64,000 nt of DNA from an uncultured Actinomycetes bacterium (GTDB taxonomy: Bacteria; Actinomycetota; JAICYB01): positions 193,556 through 257,555 of the forward strand of contig CAZFOB010000001.1 in NCBI GenBank assembly GCA_964520325.1, read 5' to 3'. Within the stretch, counting starts at the first letter, position 1; every line of letters starts with the position of its first letter. The notes below the pieces were generated by a model. The model saw only the letters and a program-made list of their open reading frames with translations, had not been told where the DNA came from and did not search any database. Shown piece after piece: positions 37,138-46,881 of this stretch. A program made the position numbers and the translations under genes.

Positions 37138-38126
37138 TGCGCCTGCTCGCGTTGTTCCCTGAGCGCCTGAATCCCCAGGGCATCGCCGGCTTCGTCCAAG
37201 CAAGCTTGGGCGAGGGCTGGGAGGTCATCGGAGCCGCGGATCCAGAAGAGGACATCGACGTGCTGCGATCGGCGGACGCGATCCTGGTCGCGATCGTCAA
37301 CCTCACACGCGCTGCCATCGAGAAGGCGCCGTCGGTCCGCCTCATCCAGACACCGAGTATCGGGTTCGACCACATCGACATCGAAGCCGCGGCTTCGCGC
37401 GGCATCGCGGTGTGCAACGTCGGCACATCGGGGGCCGAGTCGGGCACGGTTGCCGAACACGCGATGCTGCTGATGCTCGCCTGTGCGCGGCGCCTCATAG
37501 ACGCACACAACGGGATCCGCGGCGGCGATTGGCCGGCGCTCGCGGGCAGCACGATCGAGCTTCAGGGCAAGACGCTCGGCATCGTCGGTCTCGGCAACAT
37601 CGGACGCGAAGTCGCCCAACGTGCTCGAGCCTTCGGGATGAACCTCGCGTACTTCGATCCGCTCACAGCCGACGAGGACGTCGAAGACGAGCTCCGCATC
37701 GAAGCCCTCGGGCTGTCCGAGCTGCTCGAACGCTCGGACGTCGTCACGGTGCACGTCCCGCTCCTGGACTCAACGCGCGGTCTGATCGGCCCCGACGAGA
37801 TCGCGCGTATGCGTCCGGGCGCGATCCTCGTGAACACCTCACGCGGACCCGTCGTCGACAACCAAGCCGTCGCCGATGCCGCGAACGCGGGACACATCAT
37901 GGCCGGCATCGACGTCTTCGACACCGAGCCCGCCCCCGACGATCACCCACTACGCTCCGCGAAGAATGTGATCCTCACGCCGCATATCGCCGGAACCACA
38001 AAAGAGTCGGTGATCCGCATCATGCAAGCGGCGCTCGACAATCTGAAACACTACGGACGCGGCGAAGCCGTGCGCGACGTCATCAATGGCATCATCCCGA
38101 CTGAACCAACAAAGGAGAGCACATGA
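37134..38126 (+). CDS. D-isomer-specific 2-hydroxyacid dehydrogenase (NAD-binding)
   Basis: 330 aa. GIVGLGNIGREVAQRA NAD motif, catalytic R/E/H pattern of the D-2-HADH family. Confidence 0.9.
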   Translation: MMRLLALFPERLNPQGIAGFVQASLGEGWEVIGAADPEEDIDVLRSADAILVAIVNLTRAAIEKAPSVRLIQTPSIGFDHIDIEAAASRGIAVCNVGTSGAESGTVAEHAMLLMLACARRLIDAHNGIRGGDWPALAGSTIELQGKTLGIVGLGNIGREVAQRARAFGMNLAYFDPLTADEDVEDELRIEALGLSELLERSDVVTVHVPLLDSTRGLIGPDEIARMRPGAILVNTSRGPVVDNQAVADAANAGHIMAGIDVFDTEPAPDDHPLRSAKNVILTPHIAGTTKESVIRIMQAALDNLKHYGRGEAVRDVINGIIPTEPTKEST

Positions 38127-39199
38127 CTGCTCAGCTCGATATGGAAAAAGCGATGGAATTCATGGAGCAGGTGTTCGGCCACCTCCAAGGAGCCGTCGTG
38201 TCGACCCTCATCCATCTCGGCGACAAGCTCGGCCTCTACAAGGCGATGCAGGACGCCGGGCCGCTCACCGCCGACGAGCTGGCTGCGAAGACCGGGTTGC
38301 ACCCACGCTGGCTGCTCGAGTGGCTGCGCAACCAGGGTGCGGCCGGTCTCCTCGTCTACCAGGGCAACGACCGATTCGAGCTGAACGCCGAGCAGGCCGC
38401 CGTGCTCGCGGATGAGGAGAACTCGGTGCTCTTCGCGGCCGGTGGATTCCAGGGCATGCCCGCTCTCGCGTCACTCGTCGGACCGCTACAGGAATCGTTC
38501 CGCACGGGCATCGGTCTGCCCTACGACGCCCAGGGCGTGGACGGCAATCACGGCGTCGCTCGCATGTTCGCGCCGTGGTTCCGCCACATGCTCGTCCCGG
38601 TGATCTTGCCCGGCCTCGATGGGGTTACGCCCAAGCTCGAGGCGGGGGCCAAGGTGGCAGACGTCGGTTGCGGCGCCGGCATCGCGCTCATCACACTGGC
38701 GAAGGCGTACCCGAACTCCGAGTACCACGGGTTCGAGCTTTCGCAAGAGGCCCTGAAGCTCGCAGCTCACAACCTCGAGGAGTCGGGCCTGCGGAACGTC
38801 ACGTTCCACGATGTCCGCGGTGAAGCGTTGCCGGACGACAACAGCTTCGACTTCATCACCACGTTCGACTGCATCCACGACATGACCCATCCCACTCAGG
38901 TGATCGGCGCGATCCGCAAGGCCATCAAAGACGACGGGACGTATCTCATCGCCGACATCAAGGGCTTCCCGACCTACGAGGAGAACCTCGAGGAGAACCC
39001 AATGGTCGCGATGATGTACGGCTTCTCGGTCCTCTCGTGCATGTCGTCGGCGACCTCAGAACCCGACGGCGAAGGGCTCGGGACGCTCGGGTTCCACGAG
39101 GCCGTCGCTCGCGAGAAGATCGAGAAGTCAGGATTCACGCGATTCACCGCACACGACTTCGGCAATCCGTTGAACTCGTACTACGAGGTGCGCCCCTAG
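38123..39199 (+). CDS. Class I SAM-dependent methyltransferase with N-terminal winged-helix dimerisation domain
   Basis: 358 aa. VADVGCGAGIALITLA motif I, DFITTFDCIHD motif II/III. Confidence 0.8.
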   Translation: MTAQLDMEKAMEFMEQVFGHLQGAVVSTLIHLGDKLGLYKAMQDAGPLTADELAAKTGLHPRWLLEWLRNQGAAGLLVYQGNDRFELNAEQAAVLADEENSVLFAAGGFQGMPALASLVGPLQESFRTGIGLPYDAQGVDGNHGVARMFAPWFRHMLVPVILPGLDGVTPKLEAGAKVADVGCGAGIALITLAKAYPNSEYHGFELSQEALKLAAHNLEESGLRNVTFHDVRGEALPDDNSFDFITTFDCIHDMTHPTQVIGAIRKAIKDDGTYLIADIKGFPTYEENLEENPMVAMMYGFSVLSCMSSATSEPDGEGLGTLGFHEAVAREKIEKSGFTRFTAHDFGNPLNSYYEVRP

Positions 39200-40104
39200 A
39201 TCGCCAGGATCTCTTCGTAGACGGCGCGGTTGGCAGGAACGTCCAACCCAAGCTCGGCCCCCATCCGGACGATCGCGCCGTTGAACGTCTCGAGCTCGAT
39301 TCGCTTGCCGCGGGCGAAGTCCCGGCTCATGGAGGACATCGCGGACACATCGATCCCTTCGGCGTAGGCGACGCGCTGTCCGAAGAAGTCATCAGGAAGC
39401 GGGACGCCCAACGTGGTCGCGATGGTCTCGCACTCCTTCACGATCGCCTCGAACTGGGTCCGCAGCATGGCGTCACTGAGGATCTCTCCCAGCGGACGCT
39501 GCGTAAGTGTCGTGAGTCCGGCCATGCCGCACATCAGTGCCATCTTTTCCCACAGCGCGACGCGGGCGTCCTCGACCGGTATCGGCTCGATCCCCTCGAC
39601 GTCGAGGATCGACGCGATGCGGTGCACGCGCTCGCTCACGCCCCCGCCGAGAGGTTCCCCAAACCGGATCCATGCATAGCTCGAGATCACGTTCACGATC
39701 CCCGGCTCGGGAAGGTCGGCAACGATGCCCGTCGTCCCGGCGACAACGACGTCACCGAGCACCTCTCGGGCGACCTTCGGCGCATCGACGCCGTTCTGAA
39801 GTGTCAGCGCGTGACGGCCCGCGCCGGCCACGACACGCGCCGCGTCGGCGAGGTCGTAGTTCTTCACGCACAACAGAGCGAGGTCGTAAGCGCCGCCTTC
39901 GACCGGAGCCTCCGATGCGTTCACATGGCCGAGCTCGAAGTCCCCCATGGCCCCGGACACGCGAAGACCGCGCGACCGAAGTGCATCGAGATTGGGTCCT
40001 CGCGCGACGAAGTCGACGCCGTGGCCGGCCCGCACGAGACACGCGCCGAAGTAGCCGCCGACCGCACCAGTTCCCACGACCAGCACGCTGGCCGGTTCAG
40101 TCAT
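39196..40104 (-). CDS. 2-dehydropantoate 2-reductase family (PanE/ApbA-like) oxidoreductase
   Basis: 302 aa. VLVVGTGAVGGYFGACL Rossmann N-terminus, ApbA C-terminal domain. ATG overlaps the apt stop by 8 nt. Confidence 0.85.
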   Translation of the reverse strand: MTEPASVLVVGTGAVGGYFGACLVRAGHGVDFVARGPNLDALRSRGLRVSGAMGDFELGHVNASEAPVEGGAYDLALLCVKNYDLADAARVVAGAGRHALTLQNGVDAPKVAREVLGDVVVAGTTGIVADLPEPGIVNVISSYAWIRFGEPLGGGVSERVHRIASILDVEGIEPIPVEDARVALWEKMALMCGMAGLTTLTQRPLGEILSDAMLRTQFEAIVKECETIATTLGVPLPDDFFGQRVAYAEGIDVSAMSSMSRDFARGKRIELETFNGAIVRMGAELGLDVPANRAVYEEILAI

Positions 40105-40648
40105 AGGTAAGGATCGAAAAGACGTGTTCGCCCGCGAGCTTCTCCCGTCCGGACAAGAACCCGAGCTCGATGATCACACCAACACCCGCCACCGTCGCCC
40201 CGAGCTCCCGGACGATCTCAAGGGCTGCCTGAGCCGTTCCCCCCGTCGCAAGCACGTCGTCAACGATGAGCACCCTGTCGCCGGATGAAACGCCATCTCT
40301 GTGCATCTCGAGGCGTTCGGTCCCGTACTCGAGCTCGTAGTCGACGCCGAGCACCTTCCACGGGAGCTTGCCGTGCTTGCGCATCGGCACCAACCCTGCG
40401 CCCAAGCGGTACGCAACGGGCGCAGCGACGATGAACCCGCGCGCCTCGATACCGACGACACGATTGATCTCCAGCCCGACGAACCGGTCGACGATCAGAT
40501 CGATGGCGGTCGAGAATGCCCGCTGGTCGCCGAGGAGTGGCGTGATGTCCTTGAAGATGATCCCCGCCTTCGGAAAGTCGGGGATGTCGCGGATCCGCTT
40601 GCGTAAAAGGGCGCGAGGGTCGTCGCGCCCGTCAGCGGGGGGGCTCAA
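40097..40648 (-). CDS. apt: Adenine phosphoribosyltransferase
   Basis: 183 aa (TTG start overlapping the secF stop). IRDIPDFPKAGIIFKDITPLL and VLIVDDVLATGGT PRPP motif. Confidence 0.9.
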   Translation of the reverse strand: MSPPADGRDDPRALLRKRIRDIPDFPKAGIIFKDITPLLGDQRAFSTAIDLIVDRFVGLEINRVVGIEARGFIVAAPVAYRLGAGLVPMRKHGKLPWKVLGVDYELEYGTERLEMHRDGVSSGDRVLIVDDVLATGGTAQAALEIVRELGATVAGVGVIIELGFLSGREKLAGEHVFSILTYD

Positions 40649-41772
40649 CGACGCCGTTTCTTCTTCTTACGTCGTCCCGGCGCGTGCCCCTTCGGTCGCT
40701 TCGGCTTCGCGCTCACGTTCGAACCGCCCACGGTTGACGATCCAATCGCGGCGGACGGTCCCACAGCAGCCTCGACCGGCAGCGGCGTTTGGGTGGGCGC
40801 CTCGAAGGCGAGCGACGTCGCCTCACTCGATCGCGCGGCGAGGCGCGAACGAAGCGTTGACCATCTGGGCTCGCGTTCCTTCCAGGCCGCAAGGATCGGC
40901 GTTGCGATGAACACCGACGAGTACGCACCGGCAGCCAGCCCGATGAACAACGCGAGAGCAAGCTCTCGAAGCGTCTGCGCCCCAAGAAGCACCGACCCGA
41001 CGAACAGCAAGCTTCCGACGGGCAGCAGCGACACGACCGTTGTGTTCAACGACCGAAGCAACACTTGATTCAGTGCCTCATTGGTTGCTTGCGAATAGGT
41101 CACCCGTCCGGCGGCGGAGAGCCCCGACGTGCGGTCCTTCACGCGGTCGAAGATCACGACGGTGTCGTAGAGCGAGTACCCCAGGATGGTCAGGAACGCG
41201 ATCACCGTCGATGGTGTGACCTCGAACCCCGACAGCGAGTACACGCCGGCGGTGATGATCATGTCGTGGACCAGCGCGATCATACCTGCGCCGGCCATCT
41301 TCCATTCGAGGCGGATCGCGAGGTAGAAGGCGACGACGAACAAGAAGATGATGAGGGCACGAACCGCCTTACTCGTGATCTGTGCTCCCCACTTCGGCCC
41401 GACATCGGTGACGTTGACCTCAGAAGACTCGACGCCGAAGACGTCGGCCATCGCCTGGACGGCCTTCTGTTGTGCCTTCGTCGAAAGGTGCTCGGTCTCA
41501 ACGAGGAAACCTCGGTCCCCGACCTGTTGGATCTTGGCTTCGCCGACGTCGGCTCCGTCCAGCGCACCTCGCACGTCGGGCACCTCGACGTCACCCCCGG
41601 CGGATTCGACCTGGAAGGCTGTGCCCCCGCGGAACTCGATGCCGGCGTTCACCTTGCGGATCGCGAGCGATGCCACGCTGACGAGGATGATCGCTCCCGA
41701 GATGAGGAGCCACGTCCGCATCCTGCCGACGAAGTCGTAAGTCGTATCGCCACGACGGATGCGCCGCATCAT
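40645..41772 (-). CDS. secF: Protein translocase subunit SecF
   Basis: 375 aa. SecF fold with basic C-terminal tail (PKRPKGHAPGRRKKKKRRR). Confidence 0.9.
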   Translation of the reverse strand: MMRRIRRGDTTYDFVGRMRTWLLISGAIILVSVASLAIRKVNAGIEFRGGTAFQVESAGGDVEVPDVRGALDGADVGEAKIQQVGDRGFLVETEHLSTKAQQKAVQAMADVFGVESSEVNVTDVGPKWGAQITSKAVRALIIFLFVVAFYLAIRLEWKMAGAGMIALVHDMIITAGVYSLSGFEVTPSTVIAFLTILGYSLYDTVVIFDRVKDRTSGLSAAGRVTYSQATNEALNQVLLRSLNTTVVSLLPVGSLLFVGSVLLGAQTLRELALALFIGLAAGAYSSVFIATPILAAWKEREPRWSTLRSRLAARSSEATSLAFEAPTQTPLPVEAAVGPSAAIGSSTVGGSNVSAKPKRPKGHAPGRRKKKKRRR

Positions 41773-43220
41773 GCGCCGCCTCCCGAAGCCGGAACGACAA
41801 CCGCGTCCTTGACACCGAATCCGCCGATGCTCGATGTCGTCCTGTTGCGAGCGATGAGCGCGATGATCGGGTGGGTGAAGAAGTAGAGCAGTCCGACGTC
41901 CATAAGGACCGAGATACCGAGTGTGAGCGCGAACCCACGCACCGGTCCGACGGCAAGCAGATAGAGGATGATCGCAGCGATGAAGGCCACAGTGTTTGCG
42001 GCGAGGTTCGTCCGCAGGGCGCTACGGAACGCGCGCTCAACAGCGCTACGGAAGGTCTTGCCTTCCTTCAGCTCGTCTTTCACCCGCTCGTAATAGATGA
42101 TGTACGAGTCGGCGGCGATCCCGAGCGACACGATCAGTCCGGCGACTCCGGCGAGCGTGAGAGAGAAGCCGCGGTACTCACTGATGACACCCATCAAGCC
42201 CATGATTAGGGCGCCGAAGATCGACAACCCGAGAAGCGTGATCAGACCGAGGAGCCTGTAAAACGCGAACATGTAGAACGCGACGAGCACCAAGCCGATC
42301 GCGCCGGCGATGAGTCCGGCTTTGAGTGAAGAGGTACCGAGCGTCGCGCTCACGCGCTGCACCTGCGAACGTTCGAGCTCGATAGGCAGGGCGCCGGTGC
42401 GGAGAACGAGCGCAAGGTCCTTCGCTTCTCCCTCGGAGAACTGACCGGTGATGCGCGCCTTGCCGTCGGTGATCGCAGAACTCACGCTCGGTGCCGACTC
42501 AACGCGCTGATCGAGCACGATCGCCAGCTGACGCTGCTGGGCGGCCAGACGCGTCGTGAGATCGGACCACTTCTTCGTCCCCTCGCCTGTCATCTCGAGA
42601 GACACCTCCCAGCCCGTGCTCGTCTGCTGATCGAAGGCCGCATCCGCGCGGTCGATGTCCGAACCGACAACCTCCGCCGGGCCGAGGCGGTACCACGCGT
42701 TCTCATCCTCAGCCGACGCGAAGACAACCTCCTCGTCGGTGGGATCGTTCTTCGTGAGCGCCCAACCCTGCTTCTTCATCTCCTTGGCGATGAACCGCTC
42801 GTACGCATCGGTTCCCGACGTCAGGTCCTTCTTGCGGGCTTTCGCGGCAGCATCGTCAAGGCTCGTGCTTCCCGTCACTTCCCGGAACCGAAGCTGCGCG
42901 GTCTTGCCGATGATCTCGAGTGCGCGGTCGGGATCGCGGATGCCGGGCAGCTGGACGATGATGTTCTCTGCTCCAGAGCGCGAGATCTCCGGCTCCTGCG
43001 CGCCGATCGAGTCGACTCGGTTACGGATGATGTCCACGGTCTCGTTGAGCACGCCCTCGTCGATCTCGTCGCCCACCGCGGTCAGGACCACGGACAGGCC
43101 CCCTTGAAGATCGAGGCCGAGCTTGGGCCGTGCTCCGAGGACCAGCACCCCGAACAGGCTCGCCGCCGTCAGGAGCAGAACGATAACGACCGAGATGACG
43201 TGGCGTCGCGTGTGACCCAT
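41769..43220 (-). CDS. secD: Protein translocase subunit SecD
   Basis: 483 aa. Large periplasmic domain plus 6 TM, conserved SecD C-terminal TM bundle. Confidence 0.9.
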   Translation of the reverse strand: MGHTRRHVISVVIVLLLTAASLFGVLVLGARPKLGLDLQGGLSVVLTAVGDEIDEGVLNETVDIIRNRVDSIGAQEPEISRSGAENIIVQLPGIRDPDRALEIIGKTAQLRFREVTGSTSLDDAAAKARKKDLTSGTDAYERFIAKEMKKQGWALTKNDPTDEEVVFASAEDENAWYRLGPAEVVGSDIDRADAAFDQQTSTGWEVSLEMTGEGTKKWSDLTTRLAAQQRQLAIVLDQRVESAPSVSSAITDGKARITGQFSEGEAKDLALVLRTGALPIELERSQVQRVSATLGTSSLKAGLIAGAIGLVLVAFYMFAFYRLLGLITLLGLSIFGALIMGLMGVISEYRGFSLTLAGVAGLIVSLGIAADSYIIYYERVKDELKEGKTFRSAVERAFRSALRTNLAANTVAFIAAIILYLLAVGPVRGFALTLGISVLMDVGLLYFFTHPIIALIARNRTTSSIGGFGVKDAVVVPASGGGA

Positions 43221-43235
43221 CAGCGCAAGATTGCC

Positions 43236-43556
43236 CTAAGGGCCATCTTGAGAGAGCTTCTTTGTGACCGAGCCCTTGTCCACCTTGATCACCACGTTGT
43301 CGGCGACCTGGAGCGACAGGGCGTCGTCGTCGACACGGCGGACCGTTCCGATCAGTCCGCCGGCGGCGACGACCTTGTCGCCCTGCTTCACATCGGACAG
43401 CAGGGCTCGGTGCTCCTTGGCCTTTCGCTGCTGGGGCCGCATGATCATGAACCAGAACACCCCGGCCAGCACGATCAGCGGCAGGAACGAGGCGATCCCT
43501 CCGCCCCCCGACCCACCGCCCTTCTGGGCGAGCAGGAACAGCGATTGTGGACTCAT
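43236..43556 (-). CDS. yajC: Preprotein translocase subunit YajC
   Basis: 106 aa. Single TM plus conserved MMRPQQRKAKEH...GDKVVAAGGLIGTV motif. Confidence 0.9.
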   Translation of the reverse strand: MSPQSLFLLAQKGGGSGGGGIASFLPLIVLAGVFWFMIMRPQQRKAKEHRALLSDVKQGDKVVAAGGLIGTVRRVDDDALSLQVADNVVIKVDKGSVTKKLSQDGP

Positions 43557-43760
43557 GCTGCAAATCCTATCTCAACGGTCCGGCCCGCTCACCCGAGGCC
43601 GCAGGCCGAGGACCACAGGAGGGAACCTCTCGAGCCTGGTTGACGTTATGCCACCAACCTGCCCACCATGGCGGGTGAGGCTTGACTTGCGGGTCAAGCG
43701 CAGTACCGGAGGGGAGCCGGGCTGAAGGGCTGCCCAAAGCCTTCGTGACGGCAGGCACAG

Positions 43761-44093
43761 TCAGGCCCCCGGTTCTGCGACGAAGGCCTGGCCGCGCACC
43801 GAGAAGCGTCCGAACCCGTCCAGCGTGACGGACTCTTCGACGGTCTTCGAGGCGACGCGGGCCTCAAAGGGACGTCGGACGAGGACGTCGTCCCGCGAGA
43901 TCGTCAGCTCACCGCCCGACCGATCCTCGATCCGGTAAACGATCCGGTAGCCGGACGCAACCCTTCTGCCGATGCGCACGCCGCCGTCACCGAGCAGCTC
44001 GGACCCGGAGCGCAGGTCCTCGCGCGGCATGAGGAACACCACAAGCAGGGTGACGATGAGCAACGGCGCAGCGACGACCAACCAACGGCGCAT
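43761..44093 (-). CDS. Hypothetical membrane-anchored protein
   Basis: 110 aa. N-terminal TM (MRRWLVVAAPLLIVTLLVVFLM); no family recognised. Confidence 0.4.
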   Translation of the reverse strand: MRRWLVVAAPLLIVTLLVVFLMPREDLRSGSELLGDGGVRIGRRVASGYRIVYRIEDRSGGELTISRDDVLVRRPFEARVASKTVEESVTLDGFGRFSVRGQAFVAEPGA

Positions 44094-44105
44094 GACGCAA
44101 GTGGG

Positions 44106-45353
44106 TTAGTTCCGCCTGATCTCTTTCCAAGCGACGCCGCGGTCAACCTCGGGCTCACGCGGCAGACCGAGGATCCGCTCCCCCATCTGCGTACGAAGGA
44201 TCTCGGACGTTCCACCTTCGATCGAGTTCGCACGGGCGCGGAGGAACGCGTGCATCCGGTTCTCGGCGTTCACATCGCCCGGCTCCCAGGCGATGGACGC
44301 CGCACCGTTGCAGTTCATGACCTCGTTGCTGCGCCACTTGTTGAACTCGGCGTTGTACACCTTCGTCACCGCGCCCTCCGGTCCCGGCTGCTCGCCGCGC
44401 ATCCGCGCCGAGTTCGCTCGGAACTGGGTGATCTCCTTGACTTCCTTCTCGATGTACGACTGCGCGATGAATTGCCGGCTCACGGCGTCCTGCTTGTCGG
44501 GGATACCGTCGAGGAATTGACCCCATGGGTCCTTACGCGTGCCGCCCATGAACGACGACGCGTCGAGCGAGAGGCCGGAAAGCGCGACGCGCTCGTTCAT
44601 CAGCGTCGTGCGTGCCACTCGCCATCCGTCGCCTTCGGTCCCGACGATGTTCTCCGCCGGGATACGGACGTCGGTGAAGTAGACCTCGTTGAACTCGGCC
44701 GAACCGGTGATCTGCCGCAGCGGCCGGATGTCGACACCCGGCGACCTCATGTCGACGATGAAGTACGACAGGCCCTCGTGCTTGGTGTTGTCTGGGTCGG
44801 TGCGCGCCAGCAGCATGCCGAACTGCGATAGCTGAGCGATCGACGTCCACACCTTCTGGCCGTTGACGATCCACTCGTCACCGCTGCGCACTGCCTTCGT
44901 TCCGCACGTCGCGAGATCCGAGCCGGCGCCCGGCTCGCTGAACAGCTGGCACCAGACCTCTTCCGACGTGAGGATCTTCTGGAGGTACCGCGACTTCTGC
45001 TCGTCACTGCCGTGCGCGATCAGCGTCGGACCCGCAAGTCCGACACCGAGGATGTTGATCCCGACGGTCGGCAGACGGTAGCGCGCGAGTTCTTCGCGTA
45101 CGACATTCTGCTGCCATGCTTCGCCGGAGAGCCCGCCGTACTCCTTGGGCCACAGCGGAGCACCGTAGCCGGACGCGCCGATGACGCGTGACCAACCGAG
45201 GAAGTCCCAGCCCTCGCGCGCCGCGGCGAGCTTCTCGTCGTCGCCCGACTCGATCGCATCAGCCCAACCCGCCGGCAGCTCCTCGCGGAGCCATCCGCGC
45301 ACCTCTTCCCGGAACACTGCGCGCTCCGGCGTGTCCTCGATCGTCCACCGCAT
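44106..45353 (-). CDS. Acyl-CoA dehydrogenase family protein
   Basis: 415 aa from MRWTIEDTPER (the track ORF 44106-45647 includes a non-coding extension). ACAD N, middle and C domains. Confidence 0.85.
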   Translation of the reverse strand: MRWTIEDTPERAVFREEVRGWLREELPAGWADAIESGDDEKLAAAREGWDFLGWSRVIGASGYGAPLWPKEYGGLSGEAWQQNVVREELARYRLPTVGINILGVGLAGPTLIAHGSDEQKSRYLQKILTSEEVWCQLFSEPGAGSDLATCGTKAVRSGDEWIVNGQKVWTSIAQLSQFGMLLARTDPDNTKHEGLSYFIVDMRSPGVDIRPLRQITGSAEFNEVYFTDVRIPAENIVGTEGDGWRVARTTLMNERVALSGLSLDASSFMGGTRKDPWGQFLDGIPDKQDAVSRQFIAQSYIEKEVKEITQFRANSARMRGEQPGPEGAVTKVYNAEFNKWRSNEVMNCNGAASIAWEPGDVNAENRMHAFLRARANSIEGGTSEILRTQMGERILGLPREPEVDRGVAWKEIRRN

Positions 45354-45355
45354 GG

Positions 45356-46456
45356 TTAGACGCCCAGCTTCTGGGCGACGAGCTCGCGGTGGTAGGTCGC
45401 GTCGCCGAGGTAGATCTCCGAGCTCTTGGCGCGACGGAAGTACAGGTGCGCGTCGTGCTCCCAGGTGAAGCCGATGCCGCCGTGGATCTGGATGTTCTCC
45501 GCGGCAGCGTGGAAGTAGGCGTCCGAGCAGTAGGCCTTCGACAGTGACGCTGCGAGCGACAGCTCTTCGGGGTCTTCGGCGGCCGCCCAACCCGCGTAGT
45601 ACGCGGCCGAACGCGCCATCTCGACCTCCATGAGCATGTTCGCGCACTTGTGCTTGATGGCCTGGAACGAACCGATCGGACGTCCGAACTGATAGCGCTC
45701 CTTGGCGTAGGTGGTCGATGCATCGAGGCAGGCTTGCGACCCGCCGACCATCTCCGCTGAAAGCGCGGCGGCGGCTTGGTCGAGTGTCTTCGTGAGCGCA
45801 GCTGCGCCGGCACCCTTTTCGCCGAGAAGCTTGGCCGGCGTGTTCGAGAACGTGATCTTCGACTGCTTGCGCGTCATGTCGAGCGTCTGCAAGTGAGTAC
45901 GCGTCACGCCATCGGCGTCCGGGTCGACAACATAGAGGTTGATGTCGTTGCCTTCCTTAGCCGCAACGACCAATAGATTTGCCGTTGCCCCATCGATGAC
46001 ATACGACTTCTCGCCCGTGAGCTTCCCGTCGGTTACCGTAGCTTCGATGCCGTCGAGCTCCCATTTGCCGTTCGGCTCGACGAACGCGAGCGCGACGCGC
46101 GTGGTGCCGTCGGCCACGCCGGGCAGGATCTCCTTCTTCTGGTCATCGGTACCCGCGTTGAGGATCGCATTGGCGCCGAGCACGATCGAGGAGAAGTAAG
46201 GGGCGGGAAGGAGCCTCTTGCCCATCTCTTCCATGAGCACCGTGACTTCGACGAAACCGAATCCGATCCCGCCGAACTCCTCGGGGATGGCCATCCCGAA
46301 CCATCCGAGATCGGCCATCTGCTTCCAGGTGCCCTCGTCGAAACCGGCTTCGGTCTCCATGAGCTCACGCACCTTCTCTGAAGGACTCTTCTCCTCCAGG
46401 AAACGCGCTGCGGTCGAGCGAAGCTCGTTCTGGTCCTCGGTGAATCCAAAAGTCAT
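45356..46456 (-). CDS. Acyl-CoA dehydrogenase family protein
   Basis: 366 aa from MTFGFTEDQ with AAGGAG SD 7 nt upstream; ACAD fold. Its stop lies 2 nt from the downstream ACAD start. Confidence 0.85.
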   Translation of the reverse strand: MTFGFTEDQNELRSTAARFLEEKSPSEKVRELMETEAGFDEGTWKQMADLGWFGMAIPEEFGGIGFGFVEVTVLMEEMGKRLLPAPYFSSIVLGANAILNAGTDDQKKEILPGVADGTTRVALAFVEPNGKWELDGIEATVTDGKLTGEKSYVIDGATANLLVVAAKEGNDINLYVVDPDADGVTRTHLQTLDMTRKQSKITFSNTPAKLLGEKGAGAAALTKTLDQAAAALSAEMVGGSQACLDASTTYAKERYQFGRPIGSFQAIKHKCANMLMEVEMARSAAYYAGWAAAEDPEELSLAASLSKAYCSDAYFHAAAENIQIHGGIGFTWEHDAHLYFRRAKSSEIYLGDATYHRELVAQKLGV

Positions 46457-46626
46457 GGCGGATCTCCTTTCCAGTCTTTGGTCCATTCTTTGGCCACTTT
46501 TTCGGCCCACTCATCTTCTTGACTCTTCAGTCAAGCGGCGTCTCATGGTTCGACACCAGGACTGTCACGTCAACCCGTAGGGTAAGCCGCCCGACGGGCC
46601 CCCGGCCAAAGGAGGCCGAATCGAGA

Positions 46627-46701
46627 ATGGCCACCCGCAAGCCCGACCTGGACGAAACAGCCCTCGAAGCGCTTCTCTTGTCCCACGTCGTGGGTTCATG
46701 A
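46627..46701 (+). other. Short ORF (24 aa, MATRKPDLDETALEALLLSHVVGS) with strong SD AAAGGAGG; possible 5' remnant of a phosphotransferase-like gene or a leader peptide
   Basis: Read directly; the peptide resembles N-termini of APH-like phosphotransferases often found beside fadE genes. Very tentative. Confidence 0.2.
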
Positions 46702-46881
46702 GCATCGTCCCGCGACTCTCTGATACGGCGTGAATCCACACCATGGACGTCTGACCTTTCGTCGAAAAGCGCGACGTCAGGAAGCTTGAACGCCGCGAAG
46801 CCCAGCGCGGCCTCGGGATCGGTTCCGCAGGACGGGCTCCACGGAACCGTTTTCTGTCACTGGTACGCACTAGTGTTCGTG

